Positions 1-8,419 of a DNA stretch of 32,000 nucleotides are shown piece by piece; positions within the stretch are counted from its first letter, which is position 1; each line of letters starts with the position of its first letter. The stretch is from Thermodesulfobacteriota bacterium. Its GTDB lineage: Bacteria; Desulfobacterota; WTBG01; JAGOGO01. Location of the stretch: assembly GCA_026625185.1 (NCBI GenBank), contig CP113000.1:2265622-2297621 (forward strand), given 5' to 3'. Both the position numbers and the translations under genes were made by a program. The notes beneath the pieces were generated by a model that saw nothing but the letters and a program-made list of their open reading frames with translations, had not been told where the DNA came from and did not search any database.

Positions 1-2989
1 CATCAAGACATTTTCTGATGTTTTGAACTTCCTGCCCGGCTTTCGAAGTGCTGGAAATTTCGATCGCCACCCTGACATCGTCTCGCTTCAATCCCACATC
101 CACGCTTTCCAGGGACCGCGAAATTCTTTCCTCGATTCTGGCCTTCCATCCATAAAGCTCCGCCTGCTCTTTGAGCATGGTCTGGAGGTGGGTATGAAGG
201 TCCCCGCCTTTTCCCTTCAGCAGGGATGACTTTTTAAGAATTTCCTGGCCCTGTCCGGTGAGGGTAAGGACTTTGGCCAGGCGTCCCCCTTTTCCTTCCC
301 GGGTCTCCTCCTGAACGAGCAGATCTCTTTTAATCAATTGTTCCTTCAGCCGGTCTCCTTTATAGCCGCTCAAGCGCAGTTCCTTATATACCTGGGTCAC
401 AAACATTCCCGGATGTTGGGAGATGAATTCGAGAAGAAGCTCCGCATCCGCAGGGAGTTTTTCGTCCAAAACCGGTTCCGCTTCCTGACGCCGCACCCGC
501 TTTGACTCTGCTTCTTTTAGGGCCTTCTCGTGGGGTTCGCTCTTCTTTGGTTCTATCAGGGATGGCATTGGAGTCGTTTGCTTTTGGGTCGGGGTTGTCT
601 CAATCTCCTTCTTGGGGCGACTATAGCGGCTACGGGAAAGCGCGATCAGTTTTTCCTGTTTTTCCTTTAGAGCTTCCGGCGTAATTTCAGACGGAAGCGG
701 AACGCTGAGATTGAAATCGAACTCCGCCCGCTCGACCCTTACCAGGGCCTCACCGATTCCCAGATTTTGGAGGTCCTCGGCCCCAAAAGATGAAAACCCT
801 TCCGCCAGTTTCTTGGCATCAAAATCTCCCAGCCGAAAGCAAATCCTGGTATAGGGGTTGGAGATCACGGAATTGGCCACCTCCGTGTCCCGGTTCCAGA
901 GCTGCCTGAGTTCCTGGTGAGCCAGGATGAGACCCAGGTGGTATTTTCTCGCGCCGGAGAGGATCGCAGCCATGGAGGGAGTGATAAAATTCTGGAATTC
1001 GTCGATATAGAGATAGAAGTTTTCCCTCTCGGTTTCGGTTTTCGCCTGTCTGGACATAACGATCTGGTGGAGCTTGGAGACAATGAGCGTCCCCAGGAGA
1101 TAGGCGTTTTCCTCGCCAATGAGTCCCTGGGCGAGTTTAGCCAGAAAGATTTTTTTGGTGTTTAAGATCTCCTCAAAGTTAAGCCCTTTTTTCTGCATCA
1201 CCAGGTTGCGGATAAGCTTGGGCCTTAAAAAAGTATCCAGCCGGGTGAGCACCGAGGCCTGGGGTTTTCCGGCCAGAAGAGGAAACTCTTTTTTCCAGTA
1301 ATAGACCACTTCCGGGTCTTTTACGGTAGAAAGAAAAGCATTTCGAAAATCCGGCTCCACCAGGAATCGCCTGAGATCAACTAAGGTTCCGCCCTGTTCG
1401 CTTTCCAGAAAGGCCAGGATGGCATTACCCAGGACCGAGGTCATCTGATCGCCCCAGCTGGTGGAAAGCCTCCGGAAGACCGCCACTAAGTCTGAGGATA
1501 AAACGTTCTTTTCAATCTCGGAGTGGCTGGAAAGGATATTGAGGCCGATGGGATACTCGGCATCTGCCGGATCAAGGAGCACCACATCCTTGTACCTCTC
1601 TTCAGGTATAAACCCCAAAATCTTGTCAATCAAATCTCCATGTGGGTCCAAAACCCCCACGCCTTGGCCGTTGGTAATGTCCTGGATGACAAGGTTTAAA
1701 AGCAGGGTGGATTTGCCCGTGCCGGTGGCGCCCACCACATAGGTGTGGCGTAGCCTTTGTTCGGTGCCCAGACCCACGGTTACGGTTTTCCCCTGGTGAA
1801 GGTTTTCTCCCATGGTGAGTTCATGGCCCAGAGCGATTTTGGGAGCGGCTTTGGTTTTTTTCGCCTGCCGAAGAAGTTTCTTGGACTGCACGGAAACCGA
1901 AGGAAGATGCACCAGGGAGACCAGCTCTTCGTTGTTTAACAGCATACCGAATCGGCGGCTCTGGCGGGAAAGAACATCTTCCTGATGAAGAACGTCATCA
2001 TACTCATCATTTGTAAGCGGAATGAGTTCGTTGCTCTGGGAGTTGGCAAGCTGGGAAAGACAGCTTCCCAGGGCTTTGGCGATCTCCCAGGCCCGGTGAG
2101 ATTTTTGGCTTTGACCGACCACCCGGATTACCACCCCGAAAAAAGGGGTTTGAACTTTTTCTTTGGCCAGGTGAATCATGTCCGGAGCATCGAGAAAAAA
2201 GGGGCGGCCTTCCAAGTCAGTCACCGACCGGAGAATGCTTTCCTGCCAGGGGTTACGGGCAGTCTGAAAAAGCACCTGGAGCATTCCCACTTCTTCTTCC
2301 TCCAGATCCTCCAAGGCTCCGGCCATGCCGATCAAGGGATCAGGGTCAACGTTCCTGAAGGTTCGCAAGGGCCGCATGAATTCATTGGAGAGGCCAAAGT
2401 CAATGATGACTGTTTGCTTTTCATCATCCCATTTACTCCTTAAAAGGTCATGTTCCTGAGAGAGAACCGCTTCCGGGAAATAAGCCTGAAGCTGCTGTCG
2501 CACCTGATGAAAGTCCGTATTGCGCGAGGTAAAACCCAGGGAAATGGCTTCATGAGTACCGAAGAGTTCAAAAGCAACCGGCTGAGAGCAATAGCGCAGG
2601 TTCAAGAGAAAATGCTCTGCCTGGTCCAGGGTAACTTTTGATTGGGGGGAGAGGGAAATCGTGACGTGCGTGAGAGGCGAGGGGTCAGCAAAGGGAACCG
2701 GAAGAAGAGGGTAGGGATCTTCCTCACGAGGAATAATTTCCTGAGTTTGAGAATAGCTGGTTGAACCTTTGAACAGTCCTTCAGTCAGGGAGCTTAAAAA
2801 CGTCGGCTTGCGTGCATCGTCAACCGGAGGAGGTTGGTAAACCTGCTGGTGATAGAACGGCTGAAAGGGCGGTTCCAGTTCCACCGGCCAGTCCCAGACC
2901 TGCCAGCCCCGTCCTCTTCTTTCCCAGAGATAAAAGTTTAGAGTCAGTTGCTCAGCCAGGCTGAGATATTGGTCTTCCGGGCCGGACAT
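1..2989 (-). CDS. Large TraD/VirD4/TrwB-like (type IV coupling protein, FtsK-HerA superfamily) P-loop ATPase; the C-terminus runs off the left edge of the window
   Basis: It is absent from the ORF track because it has no stop inside the window. My manual reverse-strand translation from ATG 2989 stays open to nt 1 (about 996 codons). Motifs: Walker A HTYVVGATGTGKSTLLLN (around nt 1700-1750), Walker B-like FYLYIDEFQNF, and LILAHQELRQL. The first ~400 aa carry no motif I recognise. After the ATPase comes a winged-helix-like stretch and a tail SVDVGLKRDDVRVAIEISSTSK reminiscent of a PD-(D/E)xK core. The start overlaps the upstream stop (TAATG, 2987-2991). Confidence 0.75.
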   Translation of the reverse strand, partial: MSGPEDQYLSLAEQLTLNFYLWERRGRGWQVWDWPVELEPPFQPFYHQQVYQPPPVDDARKPTFLSSLTEGLFKGSTSYSQTQEIIPREEDPYPLLPVPFADPSPLTHVTISLSPQSKVTLDQAEHFLLNLRYCSQPVAFELFGTHEAISLGFTSRNTDFHQVRQQLQAYFPEAVLSQEHDLLRSKWDDEKQTVIIDFGLSNEFMRPLRTFRNVDPDPLIGMAGALEDLEEEEVGMLQVLFQTARNPWQESILRSVTDLEGRPFFLDAPDMIHLAKEKVQTPFFGVVIRVVGQSQKSHRAWEIAKALGSCLSQLANSQSNELIPLTNDEYDDVLHQEDVLSRQSRRFGMLLNNEELVSLVHLPSVSVQSKKLLRQAKKTKAAPKIALGHELTMGENLHQGKTVTVGLGTEQRLRHTYVVGATGTGKSTLLLNLVIQDITNGQGVGVLDPHGDLIDKILGFIPEERYKDVVLLDPADAEYPIGLNILSSHSEIEKNVLSSDLVAVFRRLSTSWGDQMTSVLGNAILAFLESEQGGTLVDLRRFLVEPDFRNAFLSTVKDPEVVYYWKKEFPLLAGKPQASVLTRLDTFLRPKLIRNLVMQKKGLNFEEILNTKKIFLAKLAQGLIGEENAYLLGTLIVSKLHQIVMSRQAKTETERENFYLYIDEFQNFITPSMAAILSGARKYHLGLILAHQELRQLWNRDTEVANSVISNPYTRICFRLGDFDAKKLAEGFSSFGAEDLQNLGIGEALVRVERAEFDFNLSVPLPSEITPEALKEKQEKLIALSRSRYSRPKKEIETTPTQKQTTPMPSLIEPKKSEPHEKALKEAESKRVRRQEAEPVLDEKLPADAELLLEFISQHPGMFVTQVYKELRLSGYKGDRLKEQLIKRDLLVQEETREGKGGRLAKVLTLTGQGQEILKKSSLLKGKGGDLHTHLQTMLKEQAELYGWKARIEERISRSLESVDVGLKRDDVRVAIEISSTSKAGQEVQNIRKCLD

Positions 2990-3858
2990 TACCGTTTAAA
3001 GAGATCGCTTAAAATGGGTTTGCGTTCAAACTCGGAGAGCGCCCGTATGCCTTTGGCCTTCGTGATCTCGTCAACCACCTCCAGAACCGCGGAGTTAACC
3101 AACTCCTGAAACATCAGGGCCGTATCCAGGCGGTAGTAGGTTTCCGGGCGGAAAGCCCGCATCATAAGCACTCCTAAAACCGGGATCGCTGCGAAAAATC
3201 CCCATAAGCATCCCATGAGCTCGCCCAACCACCAGGAAACAAAAAAGCTGTTTCCGAACGGGGCAGCGCAGATGTCAAACACGTACTCGCCCCGGCGAAC
3301 CCGGAAATATTCCCTTTTGGCGGAAAATATTCCGCCTTCCCGGTAGTCGATCCGGGATAATTCCGTGCCGGGAATCTGGCGACGGGAAATTGCCCCTTCC
3401 AAAGAGGCGTAGAACCGCTGGGGTGAATCCTGAAGTCCTTCAATCAGATGGTGCCAGTGGGAAATTACCAGGGGTACCTTTCCGGCCCTGCTTACCCTCC
3501 TCTGATATGTTTGGTTTGGAGAACCTTGGCTCGTGGAAGTTTGAAGTGGAGAGGTTTGACTTGGAGAGGCTTGCGATGGAGGAGTCCCAGGTTGAGGAGA
3601 ATCATCTCTTTCGAATGGGGCAGCCACATTGGTACCAGGGATGTTTGACTGCTGAAGGTATTCGTAGACAAAAACTCCTATCCCTGCGAAGAAAAGAAAC
3701 CAGAAAAAACCGCCTCCGATTGTTACCCCTCCTAAGAACCCAAGAGCGACAAGAACGATTCCTGCCATGGAAAGCTTGGGAGTTCTTTTTAGCCAGCTTT
3801 CAACTTTATTGAAAATCATCGTAATGTCCATCCCTTTTCCCCCTTCTCCAGAGTCCAT
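2989..3858 (-). CDS. Membrane protein of unknown function: N-terminal TM hairpin, Pro/Ser/Thr/Gln-rich linker, conserved C-terminal domain with a further hydrophobic segment
   Basis: 289-aa ORF. Hydrophobic stretches are LSMAGIVLVALGFLGGVTIGGGFFWFLFFAGIGVFVY and WLGELMGCLWGFFAAIPVLGVLMM. The low-complexity linker is SPQPGTPPSQASPSQTSPLQTSTSQGSPNQ. An SD-like GAGGAG lies about 8 nt upstream of ATG 3858. The stop overlaps the ATPase start. Confidence 0.7.
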   Translation of the reverse strand: MDSGEGGKGMDITMIFNKVESWLKRTPKLSMAGIVLVALGFLGGVTIGGGFFWFLFFAGIGVFVYEYLQQSNIPGTNVAAPFERDDSPQPGTPPSQASPSQTSPLQTSTSQGSPNQTYQRRVSRAGKVPLVISHWHHLIEGLQDSPQRFYASLEGAISRRQIPGTELSRIDYREGGIFSAKREYFRVRRGEYVFDICAAPFGNSFFVSWWLGELMGCLWGFFAAIPVLGVLMMRAFRPETYYRLDTALMFQELVNSAVLEVVDEITKAKGIRALSEFERKPILSDLFKR

Positions 3859-3886
3859 ACTATTTTCTCCTCTTTCACGATTTTAA

Positions 3887-3992
3887 CTGTGGTGATAAAA
3901 AGAAGCACAAAAAATTTCCTCGGGAAAAACTCAATCTGGTGATAAATAAACCTTCTTCCCCAGTTAACCTAAAAAATAAAATCACTGGTGAA
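3887..3992. repeat. Three phased direct repeats CTG(T)GGTGA(T)AA in the upstream region of the membrane-protein/ATPase operon
   Basis: ctgtGGTGATAAAa at 3887-3900, ctGGTGATAAAt at 3936-3947 and ctGGTGAAgc at 3985-3994. The GGTGA cores start at 3891, 3938 and 3987 (spacing 47 and 49 bp). Confidence 0.4.
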
Positions 3993-4199
3993 GCCTGAGA
4001 ATTTTCCATGGGATGATGCCAGTTAGAAAGGTTCAGAAATAGGTTTTACAGTTTTTGGCCATGCGAATCACCTGACAATTAATTCAATATCTATACATTA
4101 TTGAAATAAAACTGCCTCTTACAACTTAGTTTTGAGCTTTCAAAACATTTTATTTCGCTTTTCGATCTTTTGATATAGAATAAAAAAAATCAATGATAA

Positions 4200-4787
4200 T
4201 CAGGCAATTTTTAGATACCTTGCTGCTTTTAAGATGCATGTGCAACTTGCTGAATGTGTTATTTCACTCCGCATCACCATATCAATCGCCTGAGTAAATG
4301 GAATTTTTATAATTTCCAGTTTTTCTAATTCTTCAAGGTTTTGCTGCCCTTCCTTAATTCCTATGGCAAGAAACATATAGTTAGGTGACCGAACTATAGT
4401 AGTAAAAGGGTCTACGACACCAAGGTTTATCCATTTATCAGCTTCTAATCCTAGTTCCTCCTTTAATTCTCTTTTGGCTCCATCAATCGCAGATTCAGCA
4501 CTATCTAACCCTCCACTCATCAGCTCAATGGATTCTCGCGCAATACCATACTTAAACTCTTTTATAAGAAAGACCTCGCTCTTGGAGTTGAGGGCCAAAA
4601 CAGTGGAGCCAGCCTTCATTTCAATGACTCCAAATATTCCTTGGTTGCCTCCTGGATGAATAACTTGATCTTCACGGACAGTAATCCATGGATTTCGATA
4701 TACTGTTTTGGTAGAAAGAACCTGATATGGGCCTATAGTCTTTTGGGGCATTAAAATACCTGCATTTTGATTTTTTTCCATAGTCAT
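4200..4787 (-). CDS. Nudix hydrolase (ADP-ribose/NDP-sugar pyrophosphatase-like)
   Basis: 195-aa ORF with a complete Nudix box GGLDSAESAIDGAKRELKEELGLEA (Gx5Ex7REUxEExGU). Confidence 0.85.
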   Translation of the reverse strand: MTMEKNQNAGILMPQKTIGPYQVLSTKTVYRNPWITVREDQVIHPGGNQGIFGVIEMKAGSTVLALNSKSEVFLIKEFKYGIARESIELMSGGLDSAESAIDGAKRELKEELGLEADKWINLGVVDPFTTIVRSPNYMFLAIGIKEGQQNLEELEKLEIIKIPFTQAIDMVMRSEITHSASCTCILKAARYLKIA

Positions 4788-4895
4788 TATTACTATTTAC
4801 AATATTAATTATTTACAATGTTAGGTATTCTTATAACTATAGGTTTTATTATAATAAATCGATAAAATTATGTCAAAATAGATAGCAATGCAATA

Positions 4896-6236
4896 CTACA
4901 TTTTGTGTAAATTCTTTTTTCTAAAAGTAACTTTTTCATTTCGCACATTGTAGTCTATTAATATTTGGTAGCCCTTGTAGATTAGTGGTACGTCAATTAG
5001 CTCCATAAGTTCTTTTAGTAAAATTCGAGAAGAAAGAACCTTATGGCAGGCTAATGTGCCAAAGCCATGGATACCCATACAACCTATTAGCTGTTTTGTC
5101 TCATCCAAAGGGTTTTTCATGACCGTGAGAATACCGACATCTTTTGTCACAGTACGGTTATGGCGGGGGAGATCTTCATATTGCGCATAAATCTTTTTTG
5201 AAGAAGATAAGTCCCGAATGTGAATATCAGTGTAGTCCGGCATTGAATAACCAATAATGTAGCGCATTCCTTTGAAATGATTAAAATATGTTCTTGTAAT
5301 AAGATTTGAAACCGCACCACCACTAAGAAGGATATCATTTTTTAAGAGTGAGCTTTCAAGAAAAGCTGTACCAGGAGCATAATCGTCGATTGGAGTAGGT
5401 CCGTACCACATACTTTGGAAAGCACGGGATAGTAAGGTTACGCCTTCACGATCTTTATCTCCTGGCCAGTACCATAATCTCTTCTCCCTTTGCACACTCA
5501 AGCCATGAATAATATTGAGTATCCTAGTGTCAATCAAAGAGTGCCAAAACTTATGAAATGGACAGTCATTCAAACCGTATAATAAACCTATTTGATCATC
5601 TGATCCTTCTTGGATCAGGATTTCGAAAGCTTCGGCGATGTCCAACCCGGATGAGCATCTTTTGGCAAGTTTAGTTAGTTCTTCTATCCTAATCCTTCCA
5701 TGTTGGGACTGAGATTCGTGCTTTTCAAGAGCCATCAATTTTCTTTTGTATCCAGAAGAAATATCAATGAATAGTTTTGGCAAAAAACTCGAAGCAACAA
5801 GAGAATTGACTACAGGATAAATAAGGAGTATTTTTTTCCGAAAAGTTCCTCTAGTTATAGCGTGTGCTGCTCGATGATCATTATGATTTTCAGATTCATA
5901 ACCGTGGGTAAAAACAATATCCGGGTCAAATGCTCGTTCCTTTAGTGCCATCCTAAATTTTTCTATACTATGTCCGTTACATTGTAGATTCTTATCTGGA
6001 AAATCTAAGAAAATTATTTGGGAAGGATCTACTCCAAGGACTTGTGCTGATTGGACCGCCTCTATTTTACGCTTCTGTGCTTTTTTAGGATCATCTTCGG
6101 TAGTAAGAATGCAAAACCAAACATCCCATCCTGAATCAATTAGTCGGGCAACAGTACCCCCTGCGCCAATTTCTATGTCGTCAGGATGTGCGCCAACAAA
6201 TAAAACCTTATGTGCAGGCCGATGAAGTGTTGTCAT
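4896..6236 (-). CDS. PIG-L/LmbE-family zinc deacetylase fused to an uncharacterised ~230-aa C-terminal Rossmann-like domain
   Basis: N-terminal motifs are VLFVGAHPDDIEIGAGGT and HNDHRAAH (PIG-L metal ligands). The C-terminal half has ILLSGGAVSN and, about 90 aa later, GIHGFGTLA. The track start at 6287 is a TTG. I prefer ATG 6236 (MTTLHRPAHK), which has AAGGAG 9 nt upstream. Confidence 0.8.
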   Translation of the reverse strand: MTTLHRPAHKVLFVGAHPDDIEIGAGGTVARLIDSGWDVWFCILTTEDDPKKAQKRKIEAVQSAQVLGVDPSQIIFLDFPDKNLQCNGHSIEKFRMALKERAFDPDIVFTHGYESENHNDHRAAHAITRGTFRKKILLIYPVVNSLVASSFLPKLFIDISSGYKRKLMALEKHESQSQHGRIRIEELTKLAKRCSSGLDIAEAFEILIQEGSDDQIGLLYGLNDCPFHKFWHSLIDTRILNIIHGLSVQREKRLWYWPGDKDREGVTLLSRAFQSMWYGPTPIDDYAPGTAFLESSLLKNDILLSGGAVSNLITRTYFNHFKGMRYIIGYSMPDYTDIHIRDLSSSKKIYAQYEDLPRHNRTVTKDVGILTVMKNPLDETKQLIGCMGIHGFGTLACHKVLSSRILLKELMELIDVPLIYKGYQILIDYNVRNEKVTFRKKNLHKM

Positions 6237-6288
6237 TAATTTAGGCTCCTTTCGGGGATAGATTATATTGCTACCCAAATCAATCAAA

Positions 6289-7272
6289 TCAAGTAATTTT
6301 TAGTTCATGCTTACCTTGAGCCTTTGTGCCAGGTTTAAAGGATAGGTATAATGTTTCAGGGCTAATACTTAGGCACTCTATAACACCGTCTTTAACAGCA
6401 ATGGTTGGTAATCCATTTGATGAAACTGCAACTATAGTTCCAAACGGTTTTGAATGTTTCTTAAAGTTAATTTTTATTTCATTTACGATAATTTTGTGTC
6501 CTTCATAATAGAAGAATGCCCCGGGAAACGGATTCGTTAAAGCTCTTATTAACTTGTTTATGGAATTTGCTTTTTCATTAAAGTCAATAATACCATCTCT
6601 TGGAGTTCTTTTTGGCCATACGCTTCCTTTCGATAAATCCTGTTTTACTGAATGAAGTAATCTCCCTGCAAGGATTGGAGAAATTTTTTTAGCCAGTTGA
6701 TAGTGCGCTTCTCCAACTTTTGAAAACAAAGTTGTGGCGGTTTCTTCTTTTTTAATCTGAATACGTTCTTGAAAAATTATGCCGCCAGCGTCAGCAGAAT
6801 CCTCTAATAAAAAAGCAGTAACTCCCGTCTCTCTTAAGCCCTTGATAATAGTCCAAGGTATTGGTGCACGGCCACGTCCTTCGGGTAACAATGTGGGATG
6901 CATGCCTATACAACCATGGGTGTTTGAATGTCGAATGTGACTATCATTAACCTTTTTAGGAATATCAAGAATTGATGCAGGAGCGAGTTCAGACCAACCT
7001 ATGATAAGTAGATAGTCGGGTTTTGCTTCAGTAATAATCTCTACTAACTCAGGCCTCTTTATGGAATCAATGTGAATGGTTTCGATCTTATATTGAGCTG
7101 CTACATCATCAAAATCATAAAATCCAACCGTGGATGATTTTTTAGTCTGATTAAGAGAGATAACGAGCGGAATCGTAAGTTCTTTCATTTTGAACTGTTC
7201 AGATGCTAAAATTCCTGTGACCGCCTGAAAACCAAAGTAATGGCATGAGATAAAGCAAATATTTGCACTCAT
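6289..7272 (-). CDS. Formyltransferase (Fmt/ArnA-N/PurN-type, with Fmt-like C-terminal domain)
   Basis: Motifs: GMHPTLLPEGRGRAPIPWTIIKG (the HxSLLPxxRG-type motif), a preceding HSNTHG (Asn/His) and a downstream LEDSADAGGII (Asp). The track start at 7296 is a TTG; the first ATG is at 7272 (MSANICFIS). Confidence 0.85.
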   Translation of the reverse strand: MSANICFISCHYFGFQAVTGILASEQFKMKELTIPLVISLNQTKKSSTVGFYDFDDVAAQYKIETIHIDSIKRPELVEIITEAKPDYLLIIGWSELAPASILDIPKKVNDSHIRHSNTHGCIGMHPTLLPEGRGRAPIPWTIIKGLRETGVTAFLLEDSADAGGIIFQERIQIKKEETATTLFSKVGEAHYQLAKKISPILAGRLLHSVKQDLSKGSVWPKRTPRDGIIDFNEKANSINKLIRALTNPFPGAFFYYEGHKIIVNEIKINFKKHSKPFGTIVAVSSNGLPTIAVKDGVIECLSISPETLYLSFKPGTKAQGKHELKIT

Positions 7273-7299
7273 TTTAGTATTCTCTTGTTTTAACAAAGT

Positions 7300-7313
7300 A
7301 TTACAATTGTAAT
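7300..7313. promoter_or_regulatory. Perfect 14-bp palindrome ATTACAATTGTAAT just upstream of the formyltransferase gene; candidate operator
   Basis: ATTACAA/TTGTAAT is read directly from the sequence. The related half-site ATTTACAAT occurs twice (4795-4803, 4811-4819) just upstream of the Nudix gene. Confidence 0.3.
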
Positions 7314-7470
7314 AGCGGGTTACGATTGAGGCTAATTCAGTGTGTTCCCTTGTTGGTCGATAAACTTTTAATTATAGCTCTTATAATAAGGCATAAAAAT
7401 ATAAAAATATACCGAAAAAACTTTCGTAAGATCATTAAAGCAATTGACTCCAAAATTTCTTTTGTGAATT

Positions 7471-8067
7471 TTACCTATAATCAAACCCTATCAAACTTTT
7501 TTCCTTAGAATGATACCATTGAAAATCCAAAATTGCTTTCTCAATCTTTTCCTGAAGTTTTCGAGGGGAAGGCAAAAAACCGAAGACAATCTTCCCATAG
7601 GTCCCGGCTGATTCAATCTCGATATCACCGAAGCCAAATATCCTTCCCAGGATCCCGAACTTGCAGGTCACATCCTGAACCTTATCCAGCCAGAGGCTCA
7701 TAATCCTTTTTCCGATGATCCCCTTTTCCTTGATCAACCTGAAGTTGGTTAGGTAATAGGTGGTGAAAATCCAGTCGAGGAAAATTATTGTCATTGCAAA
7801 ACTAAAGCCTGCCACAATTAGAAACAAAAACCATCCGATAAAAGGAATCTCTCTTGGAAGCAAACCGGGTAGGTATCTGAGGAAAAGAATCTCCAGAAAC
7901 CCTAATGCGGTTTCCGGTGCCGCAAGAAGAAGCCAGTGGGGATGGGTTTTGAAGATAACTCTCTCCTTCGGAAGCAGAAAAGCGGGAAAGACAAAGGTAA
8001 GTTCTGGGCTATTGCTCTTCTTAATTTTCCTGGTTTTTCTCCAGGATAATTTTTTGCGCTTTTTCAT
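7471..8067 (-). CDS. Membrane protein with bacterial PH domain (bPH_2, YdbS/YdbT-like)
   Basis: ERVIFKTHPHWLLL is followed by two TM helices and then YYLTNFRLIKEKGIIGKRIMSLWLDKVQDVTCKFGILGRIFGFGDIEIESAG, which is typical of bPH_2. The start overlaps the upstream gene by 47 nt. Confidence 0.7.
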   Translation of the reverse strand: MKKRKKLSWRKTRKIKKSNSPELTFVFPAFLLPKERVIFKTHPHWLLLAAPETALGFLEILFLRYLPGLLPREIPFIGWFLFLIVAGFSFAMTIIFLDWIFTTYYLTNFRLIKEKGIIGKRIMSLWLDKVQDVTCKFGILGRIFGFGDIEIESAGTYGKIVFGFLPSPRKLQEKIEKAILDFQWYHSKEKSLIGFDYR

Positions 8068-8419
8068 TAAAGGTAATTAAAAAGGGAAAGAAGAAATTAT
8101 TTCTTCCCAGGATATTCAAGGAAATCTCCAGATCCGGGGAAAAGGCAATAATGCAATCAAACTTTTCCCGGTTGATGTTTACCGGCACCTGGTGAAGATA
8201 ACCGGTGATCTTGCCTTTTATTCCCTGGAAATAAAGCCCCTGGCCTTCTTTAATGGGGATACCCAGATAATCGGCAATCTCTTTTCTGAAAATCGAAAAC
8301 GTGGCTCCGGAATCGACCAGGGCTTTGACCTTCAGGCTTCCTTTGGGCCCGATCAGCTCGATGTCGACCATGGGATAGGACTGATCTCCTTTTTTTAGAT
8401 AAGGAAATTCTTTTTCCAT
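8021..8419 (-). CDS. Retropepsin-like (clan AA) aspartic protease
   Basis: Active-site motif ALVDSGATFSIF. I place the start at ATG 8419 (MEKEFPYLKK), which overlaps the upstream stop as TAATG (8417-8421). The longer track ORF (to 8554) would overlap the upstream gene. Confidence 0.7.
   Translation of the reverse strand: MEKEFPYLKKGDQSYPMVDIELIGPKGSLKVKALVDSGATFSIFRKEIADYLGIPIKEGQGLYFQGIKGKITGYLHQVPVNINREKFDCIIAFSPDLEISLNILGRNNFFFPFLITFNEKAQKIILEKNQEN

Noticed and set aside
502-2641. Plus-strand track ORFs (e.g. 917-1165, 1461-1742, 1985-2443, 2450-2641) and the minus-strand ORF 865-1119
   Set aside because: All lie inside, antisense to or out of frame with the long uninterrupted minus-strand ATPase frame, which carries clear Walker A/B motifs. 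Their sequences are low-complexity shadow ORFs with no motifs.
3174-3812. ORFs 3174-3443 (-), 3390-3812 (+) and 3448-3648 (+)
   Set aside because: They overlap the 289-aa membrane-protein gene in other frames. They are Arg/Pro/Gly-rich translations typical of off-frame reading, with no RBS.
4896-6236. Calling the C-terminal domain of the deacetylase fusion a bona fide LOG/SLOG domain
   Set aside because: Only a GFGTL pentapeptide and a glycine-rich N-terminal strand match. The conserved Glu of PGGxGTxxE is absent. I kept it as a hypothesis in the findings, not as an annotation.
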